From: the human T2T-CHM13v2.0 reference genome, Homo sapiens
Reading direction: 5' to 3' (one strand)
Assembly: GCF_009914755.1 (NCBI RefSeq)
Contig: NC_060926.1
Length of the DNA: 64,000 nucleotides
The position numbers and the translations under genes were made by a program. Position 1 is the stretch's first letter. Each line of letters starts with the position of its first letter. Below, piece by piece: positions 22,182-34,053 of the stretch. The notes under the pieces were generated by a model. It saw nothing but the letters and a program-made list of their open reading frames with translations, made no database searches and was not told where the DNA came from.

Positions 22182-25100
22182 TAGGATGATTCCATGTCTT
22201 TGCTATTGTGAACAGTACTGCAATGAACATACATGTACATGTGTCTTTCTGGTAAAACGATTTATATTCCTGTGGGTATATACCCAATAATGGGATTGCT
22301 GGGTCAAATGGTAATTCTGTTTTTAATTCTTTGAGGAATCACCACACTGTTTTTCACAATGGTTGAACTAATTTACACTCCCACCAGTAGTGTATAAGCA
22401 TTACCCTTTCTCCACAACTTCGACAGCATGTTATTTTTTTTATTTTTTACCTAATAGCCATTGTGACTGGTGTGAGCTGGTATCTCCTTGTGGTTTTGGT
22501 TTGCATTTCCTTAGTGGTTAGGGAAGCTGAGCATCTTTTCATACACTTGTTGGCCATGTGTATGTCTTTTTCTGAAAAGTATCTGTTCATGTCCTTTGCC
22601 CACTTTTTAACAGGGTTGTTTTTTGCTGGTAAATTTATTTACATTTCTTATAGTTTTTGGGTATTAGACCTTTTTCAGGATCATAGTTTGGAAATATTTT
22701 CTTCCATTCTGTATTTTGTCTGTTTACTCTGTTGATAGTTTGTTTTCCTGTGCAGAAGCTCTTTAGTCTAATTAGGTCCCATTTGTCAGTCTTTGCTTTT
22801 GTTGCGATTGCTTTCAGCATGTCGTGAAATCTTTGCCAGTATCTATGTTCAGAATGGTATTTCCTAGGTTATCTTCCAGAGTTTTTACAGTTTTAGGTTT
22901 TGCATTTAAGTCGTTAATCCATCTTGAGTTGATTTTTGTATGTGGTGTAAGGTAAGGGTCCAGCTTCAGTCTTCTGCATGTGGCTAGCTAGTTATCCCAG
23001 AACTATTTATTGAATAGGAAGTCCCTTCCAAATGCTTGTTTTTTTCAGGTTTGTCAAAGATAAAATGATTTCAAGTGTGCATTATTATTTCTGGGCTCTT
23101 GATTCTGTTCTACTGGTCTCTTCCGTTCTTGTACCAGGACCATGCTGGTTTGGTTACTGTAGCCCTGTAGTATAGTTTGAAGTCAGGTAGTGTGATCCCT
23201 CCAGCTTTGTTCTTTTTGCTTAGGATTGCCTTGGCTATTCAGGCTCTTTTTTGGTTCCATATAAATTTTAAAATATTGTTTTCTAGTTCTGTTAAAAATG
23301 TTACTGGTAGTTTGATAGGAATAGCATTGAATCTGTAAATTGCTGTGGGCAATATGGCCATTTTAATGATATTGATTCTTCCTATCCATGAGCGTGGAAT
23401 ATTTTTTCCATTTGTTTCTGTTATCTCTGATTTATTTGAGCAGTGTTTTGTAATTCTCATTGTAGAGATCTTTCACCTCCCTGGTTAGCTGTATTCCTTG
23501 GGGTTTTATTCTTTTTGTTGTGATTGTGAATGGGATTGCATTCGTGATTTAGCTCTTGGCTTGGCTGTTGGTGGTGTATAGGAATGTTATTTTTGTGTGC
23601 TGATTTTGTATCCTTGAAACTTCACCAAACTGTCAGCTCAAGGAGCTTTTGGGCCGAGACTGTGGGATTTTCTAGACATAGAATCATGTCATTTGCAAAA
23701 AGGGATTGGTACTTCTCTTTTTTAGTTTGAATGTGTTTTATTTTTTTCTGTTGCCTGATGGCTCTGGCCAGGACTTCCAATACTATGTTGAGTAGAAGTG
23801 ATGAGAAAAGGCATCTTTGTCTTATGCCAGTTTTCAAAGGGAATGCTTCCAGCTTTTGCCCTTTCAGTATGATGTTGGCTGTGGGTTTGCCATAGATGGC
23901 CCTTACTATTTTGAAGTGTGTGCCTTCAATGCCTAGTTTATTGAGAGTTTTTAACATGAAGGGATGTTGAATTTTATTGAAAGGCTTTTCTGCATCTCTT
24001 GAGATAATCATGTGGTTTTTGTATTAGGTTCTGTTTATGTGAAGGATTGCATTTATTGATTTATGTATGTTAAATCAACCTTGCACCCAGGGATAATGCA
24101 TACTTGATCCTCGTAGATTAGCTTTTGGATGTGCTGCTGGATTCAATTTGCCAGTGTTTTGTTGAGGATTTTTGCATCTATGTTCATCAAGGATATTGGC
24201 CTGAAGTTTTCTTTTATTTTTATTGTGTCTTTGCCAGGTTTTGGTGTCAGAATTATCCTGGCCTAATAGAATGAGTTGGAGAGGAGTCCCTCTTCCTCGA
24301 TTTTGTGGAATACTTGTAGTAGGAATGGTACCAGCTCTTCTTTGTACATCTTGTAGAATTTGGCTCTGAATTTTTCTGGTCCTGGGGTTTTTTTGGTTGA
24401 TAGGCTATTTATTACTGATTTAATTTCAGAGCTCATTATTGCTCTTTTTGGGAATCCCATTTCTTCCTGGTTCAGACTTGACAGAATGTTTGTGTCCAGG
24501 AATTTATCCATTTCATCTAGATTTTCTAGTTTGTTGCATAGAAGTGTTTGTAGTAGTCTCTGATTATCTGTATTTCTGTGGGGTCAGTGGTAAGATCCTT
24601 TTGTCATTTCTAATTGTGTTTATTTGGATCTTCTCTCTTTTCGTTTTTATTAATCTGGCTAGCAGTCTATCTTATTTTTTCCAAACAACCAACTCTGGGA
24701 TTCATTTATTTTATTTTTATGGTTTTTTATGTCTCAATCTCCTTCAGTTCAGCTCTCATTTTGGTTATTTCTTGTCTTCTGCTAGCTTTGGGGTTGGTTT
24801 GGTCTTTCTTCTCTAGTTCTTCTAGTGGTGATGTTAGGTGGTTAAATTGAGATCTTTATGACTTTTTGATGTGAGAATTTAGTACTATAAATTTCCCTCT
24901 TACCATGGCTTAGCTGTGTCTCAGAGATTCTGGTACATTGTATCTTTGTTCTCATTAGCTTCAAAGAACTTCTTGATTTCTGCCTTAGTTTCATTATTTA
25001 CCCAAAAATCATTCAGAAGCAGGTTGCTTAATTCCCATGTAATTGTATGGTTTGAGCTATTTTCTTCATATTGAATTCTATTTTTATTTCACTGTGTTTC

Positions 25101-26269
25101 AAGAGTGTGAAGAACCCAAGTTTTAAAGAGTTTATTCAAGTGCAGAGTTTAAGGGGAGCCACTCAGAAAAAAGACTACAAAGGGAAGGGGTCAGTGCTCT
25201 GAAATGAAGAAGCTGAGGCTTCACTTATGGGCAGAAGCAGGAAAGCTTTGTGAGATTGCAACATTTTCCATACAGTGCTAGTTTATAAGTTAAAACAATT
25301 TGATTGATTACAGTTTGTCCTTTTTCAGGAAAGGTAGATTTATCATTTCATCTTGAGCAATTTGATTATCAAAAGGTCTTCTGTCACCTGGTCTGGGTAG
25401 TGTACAAGAAAAAGGAAGGAAGTTAATCTATAATAAAGGGTCAATAATTAAGAGGGGCGGGGTCTTATCTCTGGAACCAGTTAGTCTTTTACAGCATTTT
25501 ACAGGGCAAAATAAATAAATAAATTAAAAAACAAGAAATGAGTTAATCTATAATCAGATAAGCAAAGGTTACAGCAGCTTGCTGTGTGACTTGGGTCTCA
25601 CAATCACATTTTCTTTAAGGCTCAAAGTAATTTAAAGTCTCAATAGCTTTAATCTAAATTATTTTCACAATATAAAGAACTCCTATCATTCAACAACAAA
25701 AAAAAACCAGTTTTAAAAATTAAATTTTACTGTTTGAAATTTTTAAAAATAATAAAATTTAAAAAGTATACTCCACTATTCAAGCATCTTTTTAAATTCC
25801 TCATTTTATATTGAGTAGAATTCAAGGCAATCTTCCTTCACCCTCCTCCACTCTTTGTGCTTCCCGTTGTAGTCTGTTTTCTGAGTGACTCCCCTTAAAC
25901 TCTGCACTTGAATAAACTCTTTAAAGCTTGGGTTTTTCACACTCTTGAAACACAGTGAAATAACCATCAACAGGCAGTTAATAAATATTTGTGTAATTTT
26001 TACCTAGAATTTTACATTTATATTTTAAAATGAACAAACCCGTTTATTATTCCCTCCTTAAGAAACTGGCCTTTTTTTTTTTTTACTTAACACTTTTTCT
26101 TCTAATTTCTCCCTAGGGAAGCATTATCTGGAAATATTTTTCCCGAGTAGGATTCATGAGTATTGAAGCAACCCCCCGCCTTTTATTTTTAAGAAAGGAG
26201 GTGAGGTCTGTAGTAAAAATAGCTGCCTACATTAGATGGGATTGAGTGGTGAAGGGCTGTTGGTGTTGA

Positions 26270-27520
26270 TTTCTGAAGACCAAAAATCTAATACAAGATG
26301 AGAGACAAAATCAAAGGAAGAACAATCCAAGCAAGGGAACAGTTTATGACAAAGTGCAGAAATTTGCAAACAATTCAGCACTTTTGAAATGCAAACACGT
26401 GTGAGGTCAGGGTGGAAAGAAGAAAATAGGAGAGGGGCTGAAACGCAGGATGTCTCTTGGCAGAAACAAGATAACAAAAAGCCTCATGAACTGTACCAAG
26501 GAATTTAAGTTTATATGTACTTGAAGATGACAAGCAAGGGACTGAATGTTCACAAGATCACTCTGGCAACCCTGGGGAGACTGGAATCGAAGCAGCATCA
26601 TTGTCTAGGGTAAATACCCAAGACTTGTTGTCTCATGGCCACGGAAAACTAGGATGCGGACACACAAACACTGAGGTTCAGAGTGGAAGTTTAATAGGTG
26701 AAAGAAAGAGAAAAGCTCTCTCTGCTGCAGAGGGAGGGGTCCCAACTGGGTTTTCTGCTTCTATGGTGAAATTCAGGAGGTTTTACAAATGAGCTTGAGG
26801 AGGCAGTGTGTGATTCACATAGGGCATGAAAGATTGGTCAGAACAGGTGTGCCATTTGCATAAGGCATGAAAAGCTGGTTAGGACTAGGTGTGGCATTTG
26901 CATAGGGCATGAGAGGCTGGCCACCACCACCCTAATCTTTTATTACGTAGATGGGTTCTCTACCTATCAGTGCCGTGTTGCCTGTTTCTTTACTGTACAT
27001 GGTAACAAAGAAAAGGGAAGATGGAACCTCCATGTTGAACATGCCTGGCCCCAGGTAGCCCTTTTCCATTGGCACAGCTGCCAGCATTCCCCCGTGCAAG
27101 CTTCCAGCTTGCTTATCTGTGTTTGCAGCCTGATTTTTCAGGCAGCTCTTTGTTAAAAAAAAAAATAATTTCTTGGGCTGCTTTTTTGTTAGAAGGGAAG
27201 CCTTGCCAAGGACTCTTTTACCCTCACTGTCTGCCTAAATAATTTGTTTCTATCTCCTGTATCAGGATGAAGAAGAGGTGCAACTTGGAAAAGAGATCAG
27301 CAGCAATCCAGCTGGAAAATAGTGATCATCTGAGAGGAGAGTGGCCATCTGGTTGAATGAAGGGCAACAGGCGTGAATAAAATAAAAGAAGTAGGCTTGA
27401 TGGGTAACTGACCACCTGTGGGGAATTAAGGATGTTTATCAGAGAGGATGAAATATTGGGATGGTTTTGTGGAGGGAGGGCAGTAGAGGGGTTCAAGCCA
27501 GGACATTTGGGCAGAGATGC
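26270..27520 (-). mobile_element. L2 remnant split by MER50
   Basis: caagcaagggaacagtt...caaggaatttaagtttat...aagatcactctggca; resumes after 27265. Confidence 0.55.
26602..27264 (-). mobile_element. MER50 ERV1 solo LTR
   Basis: Minus strand starts tgatacaggagatagaaacaaattatttaggcagacagtgagggtaaaagagtcc and ends ...ccctagaca. Confidence 0.85.
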
Positions 27521-29253
27521 CCTATCTCTTGGCTTATACTAGTGAGTTCACCTGGATAAAACTTTTACTGTGAAGCGGTGACACTCTGCCCATCCACCTT
27601 GTAAGTTCTTCTATTATAAGGCTGTAGAAAAAGACTCAAGTGGCTCTTTAATTTGATTCCTTGTGCAGGTTAGATTTTTTTCCTAGAATAACTTCAGTCT
27701 GCTAATTTCACATTAGTATTACTTAAGGTCCTCAACAATCAAAGAAAAGCTGCTTTCAGACTTCAAGTGCCCACAGGGCACTCCTTGGGAACATGTACTA
27801 CTAATCCTGTGTGTTCCTTCTAAGCCGAACACTGACCTATGAAGTCCCTCAATCAAGTATCTCTGCTCTTTTCCATAGTGTCACTATTACTGTCTTCACT
27901 TTTTTTCTTTCATGTCACCCTTTCTCTCTCAGTTTACCTCTTTTCCCTGGGCAAAGATGCTGCCAAAACTGTACAGCCAAACTGCCTCCCTAATCAAGAC
28001 TGGGAATAATAATAGACCACTGCTCCAATGGAGCATCTCTTTCTTTTCAGGGCTGCATGACACTTTGCACGGAGCTTCCTACCTCCAAGTGACATTCTTA
28101 CCTGCAGCTGAGTAAATGAGTCCGCCTCCCATACAGTTGTTTTATAGGATTTGCTAGGGATTAATTCTTTCTTTTCAGCTGTACCTTGTCAGAGACCACA
28201 AATGAACAAAGAGGAACATCAAGAAATAGGAGATAGGCTGCGTTTGGCTTTGTCTGGCATTCACTCCTATTCACCCGGCCAAGTTTCTTGATGCTGTTGT
28301 GACGAGGCATTGTTGTGGGTGGAAAGCTTGGAGCTATAATGCACGTGGCTGCCACACAGCTGGCGCTGTCGGCTTGAAGCTGGAATGGAGTGAACCCGCC
28401 TGTTAATTTGTACATGAACACACACTAATCTCTCATTCACACCCTGGGTGGCTGGTTTGTTCTGCACACAGATGAATCTAAAAAGCTTTGGCCCTCTGGC
28501 ATTCCACAGATGAGATTCTCATTAGGAACGGCAGTTCCCTTTCTGACCCAATGGAAGAAGTATCATGGGCTCCAATCCCAGCTTCTCATTCTCTCCCTAT
28601 TTAATACTACTAATAATATTTAGCATATTTGAGTCCTTCCTACTACTACCAGATCCATGTAAAGAGCTTTACAGACAATCGCCCACTCAGTCCCTACAAA
28701 CATCTGCTGGGGAGTCACTGCCTAACAGTGGGTGTGTTCCCCATTTCTAAAATTTCCCCAGACCAGTTGCCATCTTCCTTCCTGGACACAATAATTGCTG
28801 CTCTAATTTCCCTGCTCTCTAACCCTATCTTTAGATCCATATATCAGTTCCTGCATCCTCAGGGACCCCTGTCTTAATGCTTTCTTCTTTAGCTCCATCC
28901 CAGCACACTCTACCTAATATAGTTCCATGGTCCATAGTTCCATGGTCCATGACCATGGACATTATGGTGGCAAGAATTTATCCACCAACCAGGTCACCTC
29001 TAGTTTACAATAATAATAAAATTTAAATGTAATTTTATACTTACCTCCAAACTCATCCTTATATACATTAAATATATATATAGCCTACTGTATGCCAACC
29101 ATACCTTAATAAAGTAGTTTTAAATATAAATTTAATTCAACTTATGTTATTTTGATTATGAACAAATTAAATTGAATTAAGTTTAAGTTTAATTATAATT
29201 AATGTAGTATAAAATAGAAATATGATTTTTAATATATTAAATGTAATTATAAT

Positions 29254-29657
29254 TTTCACTCGTGTCCATGTGAAGAGACCACCAAACAGGCTTTGTGTGA
29301 GCAACAAGGCTGTTTATTTCACCTGGGTGCAGGTGGGCTGAGTCTGAAAAGAGAGTTAGTGAAGGGAGATAGGGGTGGGGCCGTTTTATAAGATTTGGGT
29401 AGGTAAAGGAAAAAGGGGGGTTGTTCTCTGGCGGGCAGGGGTGGGGGTCACAAGGTGCTCAGCAGGGGAGCTTTTGAGCCAGAATGAGCCAGGAGAAGGA
29501 ATTTCACAAGGTAATGTCATCTGTTAAGGCAGGAACAGGCCATTGTCACTTCTTTTGTGGTGGAGTGTCATCAGTTAAGGCAGGAACCAGCCATCTGGAT
29601 GTGCACGTGCAGGTCACCGGGGATATGATGGCTTAGCTTGGGCTCAGAGGCCTGACA
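29254..29657 (-). mobile_element. LTR7 (HERV-H) solo LTR
   Basis: Minus strand tgtcaggcctctgagcccaagctaagcc ... ggtggtctcttcacatggacacgagtgaaa. Perfect 5-bp TSD ATAAT (29249-29253, 29658-29662). Confidence 0.95.
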
Positions 29658-29662
29658 ATAAT

Positions 29663-30863
29663 TATTTAATGTTTTAAACAAAGGTAACAAATACTCAAAA
29701 TTTATTCCTTCCTAATGATCTGACCATTTTCTATGTTCTTCAGATCATTTCCATGTATTGTAAGTCTGTGGTAGAAATATCTATCCCTGTGTTCTACTAT
29801 TCCTCCCTTCCCAACTCTGCGTTCAGTGACATCACATTAATAGCTGCTTAAAATCAGCCATGGGAATAGTTACACCAGAGAAGAAGGGAAGTCCTACAAA
29901 TCAAGGCTTAGTGTATCATTTTGCTGGTTGTGTAGACCAGGAATCACCAAACTAAGGCAAGTGAGTCAAATCTGGCCTAAAGCTAAGAATGAGTTTCACA
30001 TTTTCAAAGGGTTATAGACAGGAAACAAAGAATATGCTACACAGAACTGATGTAGCTGCAAAGCTTAAAACGTTTACTATCTGTCACTTCACAGAAAAAT
30101 TTTCTCACTCCTGGTCTAGCACAGGGCTTGACGCACTATGGCCCGTTGGCCAAATAATCCAACTTGTCACTTGTTTTGTAAATGAAGTTTAACTGGAACA
30201 CAGTCAGGCTTGTTCATTTACTTACTGTCCACGGCTGTTTCCATGTCACAATGGCAGACCTGGGCGGTTACCACAGAGAAGGTCAGGACTGCAAAGCCTG
30301 AAATATTTACCATGTGACACTTCACAAAGTTTACTGAGCCCTGTCTAGACTAAACAAAGTAATGAAGAAAAGTTAATAATGCAGATTAAACTTCAAAATA
30401 TGTTATATCTGTAGCTGTCACATGGCAAATAGCACACAAATTTAGAAAACATTCCAATATTTAACAACCATTATTTGAATGCACAAAGAACATACTCAGG
30501 TCATTGGTGAATGAGTGAAGTTCTGATATATGTTTTTTTTTTCACTGTTTTCTTACTTGTTAACGTAAACAAAAATGTCAGCCAACATCATTTGGGAACT
30601 ATAGTTGTCTGTCCATTGTAACCATAGGTTAGCCATAGATGTGAGTTCCACAAAGATCAGCAAAGCACTCTGCAAGAATTTATTTCCTATATGGAATTTA
30701 CAATACAGCATATTGTATATTTTGTTATTTGTAAATTATGTGCCATATACATTCTTTATGTCAGTAAATGAATGTACCTAAATGTATATATGGGTATACA
30801 TGAGTATATATATGTTATTTTTGGCTCAGAGAACCAGTGTTTAAACATTTACCAACATGCCAT
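29663..30863. mobile_element. MER63-like hAT-Blackjack element interrupted by two MER58
   Basis: Terminus gaaccagtgtttaaacatttaccaacatgccatc; internal ttcagtgacatcacattaatagc. Confidence 0.55.
29938..30343 (+). mobile_element. Two adjacent MER58 elements (29938-30113 B-like, 30122-30343 A-like)
   Basis: CAG...CTG termini, flanked and separated by gtgtagac / gtctagca / tctagac. Confidence 0.8.
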
Positions 30864-33641
30864 CCAGCTACTTAATGGAGCCTGGTAAAGCTACTATACA
30901 GAGGAACTATAGTACCATTTGGGTTGTTAATGGAGGATAAAAGTCCTACACAAAAGCAGGAAGGAGGTAATAATAACTAGCAGTTTTAAAATCAGAATTG
31001 CTAGAGGATAAAAGGGTTAAATTTTATAAAAGTTCTCACATGTTAGAAAAAGTGCTGATCTCAGCATGGGAGTTGTCAGTTTCTAATTTTGATACTTGCA
31101 GTATCTGAGATACCCTCTGCTCCTTAAAATGAAATCACTAAAGGATCTGGCCTTGCAGGAACTCTCTCAATTATGTTTTATTGCTGAGAGTAAAATTATC
31201 TGGAGATTCATCAAGGTTGTTGCATGTATCAATAGTTTGTTCTTTGCATTGCTGTATATCATCCCATGGTTGTTTTTCTTTTTAAACTATCTACTCATTA
31301 AAGGATATCTGATTGGTGTTTTGTTTTGTTTTGTTTTGTTTTGTTTTTAGCTAATAAGAATAAAATAGCTATGAACAATCATGTATATGTTTTTATGTGA
31401 GTATAAATTTTCTTTCTCTAGGTTGGACAAACAAAAGTGCAATTGCTGGGTCATTTCATAAGAAAAGCAGAAGAAAAACAAAAATGCAATGCTTGGGTCA
31501 TTTCATAAGAAACCTCCAAACTGTTTTCCAGAGGGGTTGGTTGTACCATTTTACATTCTACTAGGAATGTATGAGTGCTCTCAGGATCCTTGCCAGCATT
31601 TGGTGTGGTCATTACTATTTTTAAAATTTTAGCCATTCTGATAAGTGTATAATGATATCATATTATGGCTCTAATATGCATTTTTCTATTGACTTATGAC
31701 ATTTAACATCTCATGCTTATTCAACAATTATTTTTCTTCTTTAGTAAAATGTTTCTTCATTTCATTTGTCCTTATTCTAAATGAAATGGTTTATTTTTGT
31801 TGCTTATTTTGTTTTTCTTTTACTGATGAGATTTGAGAGTTTTTATATATTCAAGATATCAGTCTTTTGTCAAATATGTGGTTGCAAATATTTTCTGACA
31901 GTCTGTAACCTATCTTTTCAGTCTCTTCACAGGGTTTTTCTCAGGATGAAAGTTTTTCATTCTGATAAGATTAATTTATCAGATTGTATTTGTTTTTCTT
32001 AATTTTGGTGTATCCTAAAAACTTTGTCTAACTATGGATCCTGAAAATGTCCTCCTATTTTTCTCCTGAAGGAGGCTTAGAGTTTTACATTTTATATTTG
32101 TTTGTGATCCAATTTGAGTTAATTTTAATAGAAAGTGATATTTGTTAACTATTTGTGGATAACTTTTATATCTAACTTCACAAAAGATATTGATGTATAG
32201 TTTTCGTTTTTGTGCTATGTATGGCTGGTCATGTTATCAAGTTAATCCCAGCTTCATAAAATGAACTGAGACATTTTCCCTTCTCTTTTGTTTTCAGGAA
32301 GAGATAGTATAAACTTGGCATTAATTCTTTAAATCTTTGGTAAAATTGTGTAATTCTGCAATGAAACCACCGGGACTTGGAAATTTTTTTGAGAGTCTTT
32401 AAATTAAAAATTTAATTTCTTTAATGATAAAAATACTATCCAGGTTTTCAATTTCTTCTCATTTGATTTTTTGGTAGTTTGGTAGTTTCTTCTAAATTGT
32501 CAGATTTATGAGTGTAACATGCACAGTATTCTCTGATTATCTCCTTCCTGGCTGCAGGATTTATAATAATAGCTTCTATATTTTCTATTTCATTCCTGAT
32601 ATTGGTGAACTGTATCTTTTCTTATGTCAGTCTTGTTAGAGTTTTATCAATTTTATTGATTTTTTTAAAGAAGTAACTTGATTTATTTATGGTGTTTTTA
32701 ATATGTCACTTTGTATCATTTTATTAGTGGTTGCTTGAGGTATTACAATATACTCACATAACATCACTGTCTACTGGCATTGATGTTTTACTACTTCTTG
32801 CAAAGTATAGAAGACTTCCTTTTAAATTTGTTTTCTCTCTTCATTTCAAAGATATAATTGTCTTAAGTATTTCCTTTTTATATATTGAGCACCACATATG
32901 ATGGCTTTATAATTTTTGCTTCAACCATCAAATATGATTTAATAAACATAATAGGGATGATCTACTAAATTTACCCCTATTTTCATCCACTTCAAAGTTC
33001 TTCTTTCCTTTCTGAAGTGATGAGTCTTCCTATGTTAGTGTCTTCTTTTTGTTTAGAGAACTTCCTTTAGGAATTCTTTACAAGTAGATTTGCTAGCAGA
33101 GTATTATCTTTGTTTTTCTCTAAGAATAAATGTATTTCCCCTTCATTTCTGCAAGTTGTTTTTGCTGGACAGATAATTCTTGGTTGAGAGCTCTTTACTT
33201 CAGTACTGAAAAAATCTTCCATTTCCTACTGGCTTCCATTGTTTCAGATGTGAAATCCACTGTTATTCAAATTGGCATTTCTCTATAAATAATGCATCTT
33301 TTTTCTCTTGGTGTTTTGAAGATTTTCTTCTTTGGTTTTAGAATGCTGAAGTTAATTATGATGTGTCTTGGCCTAGATTTCTTGGGCTTATTCTATTTGC
33401 AGTTATTTCAATTTCTTGCATTTGTAGGTTTTTTCATTTTCCAAATTTGAAGTTTTCTTCCATGATTCCTCTGAATATTTGTTCAGCCTCAGTGTCTTTC
33501 TTTTCTTCTTTAAATTCAGTGTTATAAGTCTTGGATTTTTTTGTCATTTTCCTGCAGGACCATGAGGCTTTGCTTATTGTTTTGTTTTGTTTTTTATCAA
33601 TCTATCTTCTCCATGTTGTTCAGATTGGGAAAGGTCTATTG

Positions 33642-33867
33642 CAGGAGTTTCTGATGTTTTGGCTTCCCTGGGCCATATTGGAAAAAGAATTGTCTTGGGC
33701 CAGAAATGAAATGCACTAACACTAACAATAGCTGATGAGCTTTTTAAAAATTGCAAAACAAAAAAAATCTCATAATGTTTTAAGAAAGTTTACAAATTTG
33801 TGTTGGGATGCATTCAAAGCCATCCTGGGCCACATGCAGCCTGCAGGCCACAGGTTAAACAAGCTTG
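33642..33867. mobile_element. MER30 hAT-Charlie MITE
   Basis: ttttggcttccctgggccatattggaaaaagaattgtcttgggcca...aaacaagcttg. Perfect 8-bp TSD GTCTATTG. Confidence 0.92.
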
Positions 33868-34053
33868 GTCTATTGATATGCCCTCAAGTTCAGTGATTTT
33901 ATCCTCTGTCAACTCCACTGTACTATTGAGCCCAATCCACAAAGTTTTGCTTTTTGCTGTTGGGTCTTTTTTCTTTCTCTCTCTCTCCCTCTTTTTTAGA
34001 ATGGAGAGTTATTATGTTTTGGATTTAAATTTCTGAAGATATTGTGAAGATAT

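Noticed and set aside
31429-31512. Imperfect ~37-bp direct repeat (also an 18-bp tandem at 1411-1446 and a 7-bp triple near 44523)
   Set aside because: Ordinary slippage-type duplications inside decayed L1 sequence.
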